Shown: piece after piece, positions 13,395 to 27,600 of the stretch
Layout: each line of letters opens with the position of its first letter
Position numbering within the stretch: the first letter of the stretch is position 1
NCBI RefSeq assembly: GCF_004010195.1
Contig: NC_057719.1
Coordinates: 58,277,823-58,341,822 of the forward strand
DNA: 64,000 nt
Direction of reading: 5' to 3'
From: Chiloscyllium plagiosum
Lineage: Eukaryota
Notes under the pieces: model-generated
Told to the model about the DNA's origin: nothing
The model's input: the letters and a program-made list of their open reading frames with translations, nothing else
Database searches by the model: none
Position numbers and translations under genes: made by a program

Positions 13395-15014
13395 ACATTT
13401 TTGCTTCAGTATTTACTGTGGAAAAGGATATGAAAGATATAGAATGTAGGGAAATACATGGTGACATCTTGAAAAATGTCCATATTACAGAGAAGGAAGT
13501 GCTGGATGTCTTGAAACGCATAAACGTGGATAATTCCCAGGACCTGATCAGGTGTACCCTAGAACTCTGTGGGAAGCTAGGGAAGTGATTGCTCGGCCTC
13601 TTACGGAGATATTTGTATCATCAATAATCACAGGTGAGGTGCTGGAAAACTAGAGGTTGGCAAACGTGGCAGGATTGTTGAAGAAAGATGATAAGGACAA
13701 GCCAGGGAACTGTCGACCAGTGAGCCTGACGTCGGTGGTGGGCAAGTTGTTGAAGGGAATCCTGAGGGACAGGATGTACATGTATTTGGAAAGGCAGGGA
13801 CTGATTAAAGATAGTCAACATGGCTTTATGAGTGGGAAATCATGTCTCACAAACTTGATTGAGTTTTTTGAAAAGTAACAAAGATGATTGATAACAGCAG
13901 AGTGGTAGATGTGATCTATATAGACTTCAGTAAGGCATTTGACAACATGAGAGACTGGTGAGCAAGGTTGGGTTTCATGGAATACAGGGAGAACTCACCA
14001 TGTGGATACAGAACTAACTCAAAAGGCAGAAGACAGAGGGTGGTAGTGGATGGTTGTTTTTCTGACTGGAGGCCTGTGACCAGTGGAGTGCCACAAGGAT
14101 CAGTGCTTGGTCCATTACTTTTCATCATTTATATAAATGATTTAGATGTGAGAATAAGAGGTATAGTTAATAAGTTTGCAGATGACACCAAAATTGGAAG
14201 TGTAGTGGACAGCGAAGAAGGTTACCTCAGATTACAATGGGATCTTGATCAGATGGGCCAATGGGTTGAGAAATGGCAGATGGAGTTTAATTTAGATAAA
14301 TGTGAGGAGTTGCATTTTGGGAAATCAAAACTTATCAGGACTTATACACTTAATGGTAAGGTCCTAGGGAGTGCTGCTGAACAAAGAGACCTTGGAGTGC
14401 AGGTTCATAGCTCCTTGAAAGCGGAGTCGCAGGTAGGTAGAATAGTGAAGAAGGCTTTTGGTATGCTTCCCTTTATTGGTCAGAGTATTGAGTACAGGAG
14501 TTGGGAGGTTATGTTGAGGCTGTACAGGACATTGGTTAGGCCACTGTTGGTTGCCAGGGTTGGAGGATTTGAGCTATAGGAGAGATTGAATAGGCTAGGG
14601 TTGTTTTCCCTGGAGCGCCGGAGGCTGAGAGGTGACCTTAGAGGTTTAAAAAATCATAAGGGACATCGATAGGGTAAATAGACAAAGCCTTTTCCCTGGG
14701 GTGGGGGAATCCAGAACTAGAGGGCATATTTTAGAGTGGGAGGGGAAAGATATAAAAGAGACCTAAGGGGCAACGTTTTCACTCAGAGGGTGCTACATGT
14801 ATGGAATGAGTTGCCAGAGGATGTGGTGGAGGCTAGTACAATTGCAACATTTAAAAGGCATCTGGATGGGTATATGAATAGGAGTGATTTGGAGGGATAT
14901 GGGCCGGGTGCTGGCAGGTGGGACTAGAGTGGGTGGGATATCTGGTTGGCATGGACAAGTTGGAATGAAGGATCTGTATCCAGTGCTGTATATGTCCATG
15001 ACTATGACTATGAC
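13395..15014 (+). mobile_element. 5'-truncated CR1 LINE (RT)
   Basis: GNCRPVSLTS, QHGF, GVPQGSVLGPLLF and FADD motifs; ATGACT-type tail. Confidence 0.93.
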
Positions 15015-17169
15015 CTCTGGATGACCAACTAAGCTAATCACTAAAAGATACCAAGGCCATTCGTTAATTATTCAGGTCAGAATCTGATGTGACTTAACCA
15101 ATAGATGCAATTTTCCTCTACTAGATTTGTTCCCAGCCATTTATACAGTACAACAATCCCCCAAATTTTGGCTTGATTTTGGAAGCCCATCTAAACCAGA
15201 AGTTACAAATTGCAAAATAATTTAAAATTCAATTTGGAACGGGGTGGGGGAAATGGGAAGAATGTTTCTCTTTATAAGATTTTCTTTTCCAAATACCTAA
15301 AGAATCAAAAATTAGAAACTGCTTGGAACCATTAAGTGATTATTTAATATTACTAAAAGACTTCACATTCCATTAAACTACATTTTTCTCATTTTATGGA
15401 GCCTTTTTGCTAACAGACAAAGGTGATGTATCCATAGAACTTTCAATTTGCCCACACTACCTTACAATTTTTTCAAAAATATAGTTGTACAATTGTTGTT
15501 TGGGTAACAGATGATGCTACTGTCTCCCTGTACAATGGCAAGTTCCAACAATACAGGTAGCAACTTCGTAATGTGCAAAGTAAAAACCGCTTAAAAATTA
15601 CAGTTAGGAAATATTTTAAAAATTGTATCAAAATGGATATATCTTAAACACAATGCAAATATCCTAACATTGAAATGAACTTGGAACATAGAGTCTAAAA
15701 ACAGAATACAAATTCTGTCGATGAATAATTTGAGAAATGGCTGCCAAGCATTAAGTGTAGCATTTCATATTATTAGAAAATATTGCCACAGATGAAACAA
15801 AATGAATATTTACATTTTCCTTTTTGAAGAATGTACGGCTGCCATTGTGGTAGGTAATATTTTATGTAATGCTGTCCAACTGAAGGAAATATTTTGCTTG
15901 ACTCTCTCTTCAAATCCATCTTCTCATACTTTAGCTGTCTGTTTTGGCAATGAATGAACTGTCTATACAATGAACAATGACTGCTCCTTGAGTAACCTAC
16001 AAGGGTACACACTGAAGATGTGGGTTGGCAACCATTAGTTTTTTTTTTCCATGCCTTTCATTGGTGAAAAATGATCACTTATCCTCTGTCAATGTCGTTG
16101 AAGAGTGAGTTCAAATTCAGATCTCCCACTTGAAATAACTGTCTCCTGGTATGTGGCAAATACTCTGATTGTAGTTTTACAATTCAGAATAATAAACATA
16201 AATAATGATTGCCTGAAATTAAATTATGGAGCACATTTGGTTATTTAATAGTTAAATGACTAATAATATTTAATTCTTAAATTGCAACTCTATTCAAAAA
16301 TTGACCTTGGAAAACATTTACCAAGGAAGCAGTGTCTTATGCAAATGTGACAGAAAGGGCAGAAGTGGTTTGACTGTATTTTGTTTTTAAATCAATAACC
16401 ACAGAATACACCATGAGGTTTGCTTTATTATTGACCTCTATTATATGTGATTAACAAATAACATTCTGAAATTGACCAAAGACAAACATTTCTGATCAAA
16501 TTTCATTTTCAAATTTCTTGCCAGATCTCATTATTTTGTACTGCTTCTCATGTTAGTGTCATGTCATTGCACGTTTCCTTGCTAGGCAGGGAAAAATATT
16601 GAACAAAACAAGAAGTTAAAATTATCTTTACGTACATAACTACATTCTCCTAATTTCTCCAGCCATTTTATGGATCTCAGAGGTCTGTGTGTAGTAGCAG
16701 CTGAAGAAACCAGATGTAAATCCCCTAAATGTCAAATGACATGCACGGATCTTTGGAGCAGAATGCTGGGAGATAACAGCTTGAATTAAACAAAGGAACA
16801 TCTCACCTCAATTGAGTTGGCAAATTGAAACCATTTACTGTTTAATTTTGAGATGTAAAGATCTTATGGCAGATCACAATATTTGATTCCTTAACAACTT
16901 AAGAGCCACCAATGATTACTGAAGGATAACAGAAGATTTTGTTAGTTGCAGTTCAAGATATTTCCTTCTTGAATTCATTGGTTTCAAAGTATACAAGAAA
17001 TTTCATCTTCCAATTGCTTAGTAGCACAGAATTTGAATACTGAGGAAAAAAAGAAAACTATTATCCTGTCTTCTCTTTTTACACTCATAAGAGCAAATGG
17101 AATAATGCAAGATTTCAAACAGTAACAACAAATTTATACGTCAGGAAAAAAGAAGTGATGGTTGCTTGG

Positions 17170-17412
17170 GAAGTTGACTCTAGTTAAGAAAGATTTAACG
17201 GCAATCTAGGTTTGTTCAATATATTGTATCAGCTTCATGACACTATGATCTTTTGCTATAAATTCTGTGTCTGATGACTATTTTCCACTAGTCACCTGAT
17301 GAAGGAGCAGCACTCAAAGCTAGTACTTCCAAATAAACCTGTTGGACTATAACCTGGTGTTGTATGATTGTTAACTTTGTCCACTCCAGTCTAACACCAG
17401 CACCTCCACATC
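17170..17412 (+). mobile_element. Penelope-like family B 3' fragment with decayed hammerhead (17296)
   Basis: CACCTGATGAAGGAGCAG...AAAGCTAGT...AATAAACCTGTTGGACTATAACC, the same terminus as at 36400, 39400 and 61400. Confidence 0.75.
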
Positions 17413-19964
17413 CTGATTTATTAATGCATTGCCATGAAAAAAAGCAATAGAAGACCATGGACTGATTATCTTAAATCAATTGTTTGGGTATCAGTTGATA
17501 TTTATATATATTAGAAGTGACATCAGTCCAGTGCTACAGGGCAATATAAAGCTCATTCCCTAACTCTTGCATCTCCTCTTCACCCCCTTGCAAAATGTCC
17601 AGCATCCACTTCATATAGAGAACTCAAAAACACTACAATGACATTGAGTATTTGAAGGCCCAGAAAATATATCAAAATAAACAGATATACATCCCTTGAA
17701 CAACAGTATAAGCAAATCCTGCATGGCAGAATCCATTATGAGTATGAAAGAAAGGCAAACGATCAAACTGACAATACAAGCCTAGTTTGTAAATAAACCC
17801 CACACTACAGAATCCATTATTGCTTTTGCAGGGAGCCCATAAATGTATATTTACTTAAGTTTTAAAACAGGCAAATAGATGGCGAGTCTGATTGTCAAAA
17901 AAATAAGTTCAGACATCTATCAAATCTTTAAAGCTTCCAAAAAAAAAGTTGAGCTGTCTTTAAAGAACAATTGGAAACTCTGGGCAAAGCAGAAAGAGCC
18001 AGCTATTGATATCAACCGATATCAATTCATATCAATAATATGCAATGCAGAGCAGCAATTTATCTGATGGATGATCTATTCAAATGTACCTGAAGACTTC
18101 TCCACTTTATTATGAAGGTGTTTTATCTGAAATAGTCATTGACAATGTTATTGACTGAAAATATATTGATATCTTTGACGACTTAGAAACAACAATTTAC
18201 AAAGCAGACAGGCTGCAGCAAGGGAAAAGGTTTGAATTTGCAAAGAATGGAGTCATCGAGTCTACAACCCATTCATTCAGACAGATCCTGTTTATGGATC
18301 TAAAAAGTTGTAAGACATGAAGTCAGAGAGATAACCTGCCTGGAGCTACAGCCTTTGTGCTCTCCCTCTTTCTCGGAAACGCCTGTCATTGAAGTTACTA
18401 GAAAATCTCACTACAGCAAATAGCAATAGGGGATCTGACACACTAGACTGCCAAACTTATATTACAATCTGGCTAGGGATCAGTGGCTTTTATTTTTAAC
18501 TTAGAAGAAGTGCGATTTCCAAGGAAATTACTGAGATAATAAAGCTATACAATTCCACAATATTGCATTAAAGTTTATTGTTGTTTGTTCAATGTTGGAA
18601 CAGTAATAAAATCCACAATAATTGAGCAACTCATGTCTAACATCCAGAATTAATACGCATTAAATATGGGCAATACACAAAGATCATAACACCCACTTCT
18701 CACATCAAATACTAGATCAAGACTGATCCTACTGCAATGTTCACCCCCACCACACGCAATATAGTAGATCATCAAATATCACCAAACTTCACAAGTGATC
18801 ACAATTCTTCACTTTTGCTGATCTAGCCTGGAAACTCCATCTCAAAGTATTCCATGGTGGAGTGGCTCTTAACAACTGTTTCCATTCTTGTTGAACACCT
18901 GTTTTTCCTGGGTTTACGCCCTCCTGGACTCCAAAATTTCATTCCAGCACTCATCCATGCACATACCACTGGCTCTTCATCAACAGAAACTGAGCGAGGT
19001 CGTTCCCTGGGTTTTCTATCAAGCTCCAAATTTGCTTAGTTATTTCAGGTAAATACTGCTTGTGAATTTTTTATCTTAACTCTTCAGTGCACTGATGTTC
19101 CCACTTTCTCAGCTCTGAGTTCTTCCAATTCCTGACTCTAACACTGAGCTTATTTAATCCTTAAATTTCTTTCTGATTTTTACTGTAAAGAACCATCCAG
19201 CTTCTTTTGACTCCTAACCAAGTCCCCTGCACAGAATCTGTGCAGTTCAGGTGAGCCGAGGAGCGCAGATAACTGTAGCCCTTCTAACAGCCCTCCTTAG
19301 AACCTGTCCCTGACCACTGACTATATTTAAAGAAGACACTGTTGCTCTTGATCATACAGTTATCCATGATCTACAGTGTAACACAACTGTAATATATCAC
19401 CAACTTGCAACTCTTATTCATTTTAATAAACTAAAATGTCTCATCTTTTTACCATGAGTTAACTATTGACTGATAGTTCCCAACATCGGTTAGGCATTAA
19501 CAATTCAACATTTAGATTTCCTGTGGTAACTGGTTGCATTCTTTTCTCTCTTGAAATATAAAATTGTGCACTAACTCCTGAAGGCAAGTTCCTCAGTAAT
19601 CTCCCTATTGCCACCTCTCCCAACTTCATTCACGAGATTGGGGCTCAAGATATACTCTCTTTAATAGTTTCCCCCATAGCTCCACCTTTGCTGCCACATC
19701 CTCCAAGCGACACTCTTGGACAACCACTCAAGCAAGTACTGCAGAACCGTCAAATCTCTGACTACAGCTCAGAACTGAGACATTATGGAGAGTCACAGGG
19801 AGCAGCACATTAGACATTTAAACTTCTTCGGCAATTCTCACATAGGGTCATGCGTCAAGACATCCATTATATCATGACAAGCATCTCCAGTCATATTTGT
19901 AGCATTTGATAATCTGCAAACTGTAACATGTGACCAATTCTTTCTCAGGCAACTTCTACTTATT

Positions 19965-20042
19965 AGGGCAGTCCAAATCTAGAAGGCATAGGTTTAGGTG
20001 AAAGGGAACACCTTAAAAGGGACCTTAGTGGGGTGTGAGAGA

Positions 20043-20083
<41 letters not shown>

Positions 20084-20305
20084 AGAGTGAGAGAGAGTGA
20101 GAGAGAGTGAGAGAGAGATGATGTGCCACAGGAAGTAGTGGAGGCTGGTACAATTACAGCATTTGAAAGATATTTGGACTACTACACAAATAAAAAGATT
20201 TAAAGGTTTCAATGTACACAAGTTCAGTTTGGTTTAGGATAGCTGGTCAGCATGGAAGAGTTGGACACAAGGATCTGTTTCCATGCTGTATGATTCTATG
20301 ACTCT
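19965..20305 (+). mobile_element. CR1 3' end containing a (GAGAGT)n/(GA)n microsatellite (about 20037-20118)
   Basis: CR1 3' sequence on both sides of the simple repeat. Confidence 0.75.
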
Positions 20306-21921
20306 ACACAGTTCAGTGTGCTATACTTTGCAGTATGGACAAGGATCATTATTTTTCTAAAACTATTTTTGACTTAAACCCAACTCATGAATGAACCTTC
20401 TGGCAACCTACACATCATTTCCAATTTACATTCACAGGAGGTAGCCAATATCAAGTTTTATGGTCCAACAAATTTCTCTTTTTTTACACCTTATGTCAAT
20501 TTCAACAAATCACTAACAATAAACAATTTAGTATGGTTGGAAAATCTTCAAAGTTTTATCAAGTACTTATTTTCAACAGTTGTCATATTCCACAGATTGC
20601 TCGAAGGCAAGGTGCAAAATTAGGCCACTCTTTAAATTTCTTGAATCGGCATTTTTCCAAATCTGGACTTATGTTATGGGACGTTTGCAAATTAGGAGCA
20701 GTGTTAAGATACAATTTTACGGAGCAATAATCTAACCACAGGCCACAAAAGTGGTGATTCACTATTAACATATAACTATTTGGTTCCATACAACTAACAA
20801 ATAAAAGATTCCAGAAAAATTGAAGTACTCAAGTTGCAGAAAATATGAAATAAATACAGAAAAAAATGGAAATAATCAGCAGGTCAGGCAGCATCTGTTA
20901 AGAGAGAAATATATCATAATTATTGTACCACATCAAGGATAAGAATGGTGGTTGACAAATGGACAGGCTTCAAGAACATCCTCATTCTCCGTTATCTCGG
21001 AGTCCATTAGTTGAGTCGAAGAACAAGACAGAAGCATCTGCAAGCATTTTCTACCAAAACTGCCAAGTAGACAAATTGGTGATCAATCAATCATTGTAAT
21101 TGTAAGTGCACTGCCAACGCAGGTATCAATGTGACACTAAGAATGAATCTGAATATACTGGACATTATAAAAGGTAAAAGAATGTCACCAACACCCTAAT
21201 TCTTGTACTGAAGACCTGTGCATTAGGACATATTTTTTCTGCAAGCTATGCGAATCCAGTATACCTATAATTCAATAATCTTCCCAACTTGGGGAACTGT
21301 CCGTGATATCCTTTCCTGAAGATAAAATTGCTCAATCATGTCATCAGTAATTAGAGTTGGAGAAAAAGAGCAGTCAATACTGCTTGCCAATAACAATCAA
21401 TCAATCTCAATTCACGATTTATTTATCAACACATAGTTCAAATTCTGCAAAAAAAGCACTTTGCTCCGAATCACGGTGCACCCTAACCTTGATCTCAATG
21501 AAAGAACTGAATGCCATAAGAGAGGTAAAAGTAGCTGCTTTCAACACCAGGGCAACAAGTATCTTGACTATAGCACCAATCAAACAGAGCAAAGCATGTC
21601 AGTAGGGTTTAAAGGACAAAACCTTTTTTGCTCAAGTCTCCATATGCACAACTAGTTGTTGGAAGAGCATCATTACAGCCTCAGACATCCCTACAAGCAA
21701 TGTCAGTGGCTCAGCGTTCTTCAACACCAGAACCACTGCCTTCCCTTCATTGAACATCAGCAACAGAGCAGTTCTTTGACCATCTTCAACCAGAAGGAAC
21801 CTAACAATTGACCCTTGATAAATGACATTACCATCTCCGAAAGCCCAATTATCCTGGGAATTACTTTTGACCAGAAACTGAACTGGACCAGCAATTTAAA
21901 TACAGTGGTTACAAGAGCAGG

Positions 21922-22049
21922 AGAAAATATGGGCTGCAGATACTGGAGATCAGAGTCGATAATTGTGGCACAGGAAAAGCACAGCGGGTCAGGCAGCGTC
22001 CAAGAAGCAGGAGAGTCGATGTTTCAGGCATAAGCCCTTCATCAGGGAT
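21922..22049 (-). mobile_element. Penelope-like family A terminus with hammerhead motif and 14-bp TSD
   Basis: GTTACAAGA(G/C)CAGG at 21908-21921 and 22050-22063. Minus strand reads CTGATGA-A-GGGC-TTAT-GCCT-GAAA-CA-TC. Confidence 0.8.
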
Positions 22050-22232
22050 GTTACAAGACCAGGTTAGGTGCTAGGAATCCTGTGTCAAGTATCTCAACTC
22101 TTGACTCTCCAGATCTGTCTGCTATGTATAAAGTGGCATTTAAGAAGGTAATGGAATACAGTGCACTTGCTTGGATATGTAAAGCTCCAGCAACACTTAA
22201 GACGCCATCCAGGACAAAGCAGCCTGATGACA

Positions 22233-22863
22233 GGATCTTGACTAGATAGGCCAATGGGCCGAGAAGTGGCAGATGGAGTTTAATTCAGGTAAATGTGAGG
22301 TGCTGCATTTTGGGAAATCAAATCTTAGCAGGACTTATGCACTTAAAGGTCCTAGGGAATGTTGCTGAACAAAGAGACCTTGGAGTGCAGGTTCATAGCT
22401 CCTTGAAAGTGGAGTCGCAGGTAGATAGGATAGTGAGGAAGGCTTTTGGTATGCTTTCCTTTATTGGCCAGAGTATTGAGTACAGGAGTTGGGAGGTCAT
22501 ATTGCGGCTGTACAGGACATTGGTTAGGCCACTGTTGGAATATTGCATGCAATTCTGGTCTCCTTCTTATCGGAAAGATGTTGTGAAACTTGAAAGTGTT
22601 CAGAAAAGATGTTGCCACAATTGGAGGATTTGAGCTACAGGGGGGAATCTTTTTCACACAAAGGGTGGTACGTGTATGGAATGAGCTGCCAGAGGAAGTG
22701 GTGGAGGCTGGTACAATTGCAACATTTAAAAGGCATTTGGAAGGGTATATAAATAGGAAGGGTTTGGAGAGATATGGGCTGGGTGCTGGCAAGTGGGACT
22801 AGATTGGGTTGAACAGGTTGGACCGAAGGGTCTGTTTCCATGCTGTACATCTCTATGACTCTA
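22233..22863 (+). mobile_element. CR1 3' fragment with internal deletion
   Basis: EQRDLGVQVH...LEYCMQFWSP and RVWNELPEE; CTCTATGA tail. Confidence 0.9.
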
Positions 22864-22932
22864 CGCATATTCACCACCTTCCACATCTCTTCACTACCAA
22901 TACACAGTGACAGCAGTGTGCACCATATACAT

Positions 22933-23706
22933 TGTATCAGAGCCCTGGCTGCTAAAACACAGATTACCATCTTGGCTAAACAGCAAAGAATGCTGGGTTC
23001 ACTGGCCAACTAAAACTCTGAAGTCACAAAGCCACAAATACCAGATACAATAGCCAGGTGCTAATGACATTAACACAATGTAAAAGGCAACAGTTATCCT
23101 GGACAGACATACCCCAACAATTTATCCACCAAATGAAGGAGGGTCGAGACAAAAAGGCATCAGGTCACGCTAGACAAAGAAACAAACAATAGCAAGACAT
23201 CCAAATGATTGACAATGTTTCAAAATATTAAGTGTGTCTCCCTTATAGTTAGAACTATAGGGAAGTTCCAGAAAACCATCCAAAAAAGTATAAAAACAAG
23301 GTTCACCTGCAAACCAATCTCTATTGGATCTTCGGAGGAGACCAGCATGGCCTAAGGCAGAGTCTAACCATCCAGAGAGTGAGCAAGGGCGAGAGAGAGA
23401 GCGCGAGAAAGAGAAAACACCTCCACATACCCAAAGACAGAACCAGAGAGAGCACACAACTGCTTAAATCTACAAAAGATTCTGGAAGTACTGCAACCTT
23501 AAGGAGCCAAATAGGACTAGAGATAGTATGTTTAGTATTAAAGGCTATTGTAACTTGTTTCCTAATAAAGTTGGGACTGTTTTGCATTTGTACTGGCTTG
23601 TGTTTGTAGTGATTTGACTGCTTTGGTATTTTGAGACACCTGGGCAATCCGTTCATAATATTCTGGTTGGAGTTGTCTGACTTGTTTTAGGAGGAAATAG
23701 ACAACA
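22933..23706 (+). mobile_element. Solo LTR (774 bp) of a Gypsy/ERV-type element
   Basis: TG...CA ends; 4-bp TSD ACAT (22929-22932 and 23707-23710); TATAAAA at 23289-23295; AATAAA at 23564-23569. The host LINE sequence rejoins across it. Confidence 0.8.
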
Positions 23707-24099
23707 ACATTATACTCTACAGTAACTGACCAAACTCTGACAGCACTTTCCAAACTCTACCTGCTGAAACAACAAGGGGACCAAATGTACAGATCACCAT
23801 CACCTGCAAGTTGTCCTCTCAGCCACACTATCCCAAACCATGCTGACCTGGAACAGAAAATGAAGCAGCTAATTTTTGCCTTGATAACAATTCCATATTG
23901 GATGCAGATTCAAACACTCCAATTTATAATTACATTACAAAGGATAGATGGCACAAAAACAGGCTATCCAATTCATGTCAGTGGAGACTTTTCACTTCTT
24001 TCCTCACTTAAAACAATCATTGTAACCCTCTAAATTCACTTACGTGCAGCTATAACGTGCGGATCCTCCCATCAGCTATCCCTTGATTAGAAGGGGATG

Positions 24100-26706
24100 C
24101 CTATACAGGGTGGAGAGTTTCAAAGAAATCTAATTGATAGTTTTTTTGATCTTCTCTTGGGTAATAAGACAGGACAAGTGACAGTAAGGGGACACTTTGG
24201 GTCAAGTAATCATAATTCTATTTGTATTAAGATAGTTGTAGGGTAATCGCTACATTAAAATTTAACTTTTTAATTGGAGTAAGGCAAATTTTATGGTGTC
24301 AAACAAGATCTTTCGAAATTGATTGGATTACACAGTTCGCAGACTAAGGGCATCTGATAAGTGAGGGACTTATCAAATTTGTGATGAGAGTTCAGAGTCA
24401 TTATGTTAGAGTGAAAGGTAAGTCTGGTAGGATAAGATTACATTACATTACAGTGTGGAAACAGGCCCTTCGGCCCAACAAGTCCACACCGCCCCGCCGA
24501 AGTGCAACCCACCCATACCCCTACATGTACCCCTTACCTAACACTACGGGCAATTTAGCATAGCCAATTCACCTGACCTGCACATCTTTGGACTGTGGGA
24601 GGAAACCGCAGACACGGGGAGAACGTGCAAACTCCACACAGTCGGTCGCCTGAGGCGGGAATTGAACCCGGGTCTCTGGCGCTGAGGCAGCAGTGCTAAC
24701 CACTGTGCCACCGTACCGCCCAATAGAGAACAATGGATGAATAAAGATAGAGAGGTTCTAGAATAAAAAAAGAATTATATATAAGATATTGACAACTGGG
24801 TTCAAATGAATCTCTTGAACAGTGTAAAGGGTATAGAGGCATTCTTAAGAGAGAGGGCAGGAAGGCTAAAACAGGTAAGGTTAAGGATAATCCAAAGAGA
24901 TTCCACAAGTACATTAAGAGTATGACAACAACCAGAGAGAGAGAGTAGGGCCCCATAAAGATCAACGAGGTCATTTTGCGTTGTACTTCAGAAAATGGGT
25001 CAGATATTAAATGAATATTTTGTGTTGCTTTTAATGTGGAGAAAGAAATGGAGGCTAGAAGAACTCAGGGAAATAAATATTGAAGTGGTTCACATTACAG
25101 AAGAGGAAATGCTGGAGGTCTTAGAAAATATCAAGGTGGATGAATCTCCACCACCTGGTCTAGTGTATCCCAGGATGTTGTGGGAAGATAGGAAGGCAAT
25201 TGAGGGGCCCGTTGTAGAAATAGTTGTATCATCAATAACTATGAGTGAGGTGCCAGATGACTGGAGAGTGGTGAATGTTGTGTTTTTGTTTATGAAGGAA
25301 TGTAAGGAGGAATCCGGCAACTAGAGACCTGTGAATCTTACTTCAGTGATAGGTAAGTTGTTGGGTGTGATTCTGAAAGGTAGGATTTACATGCATTCAG
25401 AAAGGCAAGGAATGATTAGAGATAGTCAGTATGATTTTGGCGAGGGAAATCATATCTCACAAACTTGATTGAGTTATTTTGAGGATGTAATTAAGAAGAT
25501 CGTTGAGAGCAGAGTGGTAGACATTGTTTACTTGGACTTTAGTAAAGCCTTTGACAAGGTTCTGCATGGTGGACTAATTAATAAAGACAGATCGCATGGG
25601 ATTCAGGGTAAGTTTACCAGTTACATACAAAATTAGCTTAATAGCAGGAAACAAAGCAACAGTGGAGGAATATTTTTCGGGCTGGAGACCTGTGACTAGA
25701 GATGTTCCATAGGGATCCATAATTGATCCACTTTTGTTTGTCATTGATATAAATTATTTAAATGAGAATATAGAGGCATTGTTAGTAAGTTTGTGGCTGA
25801 TACGAAAAATTGGTGGAATAATGAATAGTGAAGAAGGTTATCGAACATTACAAAGAAATTTTGATCAATTGGCTGAAGAGTGACAAATGGAGTTTATTTT
25901 GGATAAATGTGCTGTATTGCAGTTTGGTAAAACAAATAAGGGCAAGACTTATACAATTAAAACTAGAGCTTTGGGTAGTGTTGTAGAATAGAGACACATT
26001 CAGGTTCAATTATTTATTTATTTGAAATTGGTGTCATGTGTAGATAGGGTGGTTAAGGAAATGTTTAGCACACTTGCCTTCATTGCTCAGACCTTTGAGT
26101 GTTGGAGTTGGGATGTTATGTTGAGGTTGTACAAAACGTTGGTAAGGGCTCTCAGGACATTATGTCCATTTCTGGTTGCCTGTTACAGGTAGGATATTAT
26201 TGATTGGAGAGGGTTCTGAAGAGATTTACTAGGATGTTGCCAGAAAAGGAGGGTTTGAGTTACGGGAGATGCTGGATGGGCTGAGATTTCTTTCACTGGA
26301 GCTTAGGCAATCGAGGGGTGACTGTATAGAGAGTGTTATAAAATCATGACAACCATCAATAAAGGCAAAGAGCAAAGGTATTTTCCCTAGGCTGGTGGAG
26401 TTCAAAACTAGAGAGCATATTTTTAAGGTGAGAAGAGGAAGATTTAAAAAAGACATGAGGGGAATTTTTTTTTTTTTTTTTACACAGAGTGGTTCTCTGG
26501 AATGAACTTCCAGAGAAAGTGGTGGATGCGGGTACTATTACAATGTTTCAAAGACATTTAGTTAAGCGCACGAAAAAGAAATTAGTTGGCAGAATATGGG
26601 CCAAGTGTAGGCAGGTGGGACTAGTTTAGTTTAAAATTATGGTTGGCATGGACTTGTTGGACTGAAGGTTCTGTTTCCATGCTGTATGAACCTATGACTA
26701 TATGAC
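24100..26706 (+). mobile_element. Older CR1 LINE ORF2 (end of endonuclease through RT and tail)
   Basis: ILNEYF, VPDDWRVVNVV and DFSKAFDKV-like segments; many stops; ATGACT tail. Confidence 0.85.
24437..24721 (-). mobile_element. tRNA-derived V-SINE (HE1-like) with CR1-related tail
   Basis: Minus strand: GGGCGG head, A box TGGCACAGTGG, B box GGTTCAATTCC, central GTGTGGAGTTTGCACGTTCTCCCCGTG, and a (TGTAA)n tail. Confidence 0.88.
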
Positions 26707-27297
26707 CTAAAAAATTGCTAAGATATTTTGTTTGGTCATCCGAATAACTGGGAGATTTCTTTTTTGGATGTTGTGACCAATGGAGTAGTACGATTGTGGC
26801 AACAGTCTCATTCCTCCAGCCTCAGTCATAACAGTTTAACATGGCAGGGAGACACCAAACAAGTTTAGAACTCTGCTACTCTCTGAATCTGAAGCTGGGT
26901 TCAGGCCCATATATGGGGGGTGTGAGGGTCATGTTGATGAATGTTAGTTTTTAGGTCCAAGGTTACTATAGCACTGTTCTTTCTTTACTGTGAATAACAA
27001 AGAAATTGCCATTATGACAGCAGCTAAGTATAGTTCCTTTTCCGGACTGCTTCCCTGAGAATTACATCATAAGCAGTACTTTCCTGTCTTCAGTTGAGAT
27101 GTTCAGCAATATTTTTCTGTTTTTGCAAAATCAGAACATCCACAATCAATATCACAACAGAATGAAAATATATTCTTCTTTCTCATTATCCAGAAGAACC
27201 CCACAACCCTTAAAAAAGCAAAATTTTTACTGTTATTCAGCTCCAACATACAAAAAGCTCAAATCTGCCACCTTCTGCTCAATACTGTTATATACTC

Positions 27298-27600
27298 CGA
27301 CTGGGACAACACATCTATCCTCAGACAGGCTAAACAGAGACATGCACGGGAATTCCTAGAGGGCTGGCATTCAAACTGGAACTCCATCAATACACTGATC
27401 GATTTGGACTCCATTTACCAACCTCTGAGAAAAGAAAACATGGAAATGATATCACCCACCTTAACAACCAGATACATAAATAGAAAACAGGACAGAACAC
27501 CAACCCTTCAACGGAGGCGCATTGATTATATTACCTAACATGGTGACAAAACGTCAGAGAACAAACCTACCAGCTCAGTGAACAAACTTACAATCTGACT
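27298..27600 (+). mobile_element. Penelope-like family C fragment (C-terminus of GIY-YIG region and decayed hammerhead)
   Basis: Translates as WDNTSILRQAKQRHAREFLEGWHSNWNSINTLIDLDSIYQPLR; remnant TTACC...GGTGAC-AAAA-CGTC near 27520-27555. Confidence 0.7.

Larger units (their letters stand above)
20920..23850 (+). mobile_element. Old L2/CR1-clade LINE hosting three nested insertions
   Basis: ILGITFDQKLNWTS and segments similar to the IQDKAA/AVCTIY family at 61560-62580. Confidence 0.65.

Noticed and set aside
24655..24721. tRNA gene
   Set aside because: The A and B boxes belong to a SINE head that continues into the SINE body and tail.
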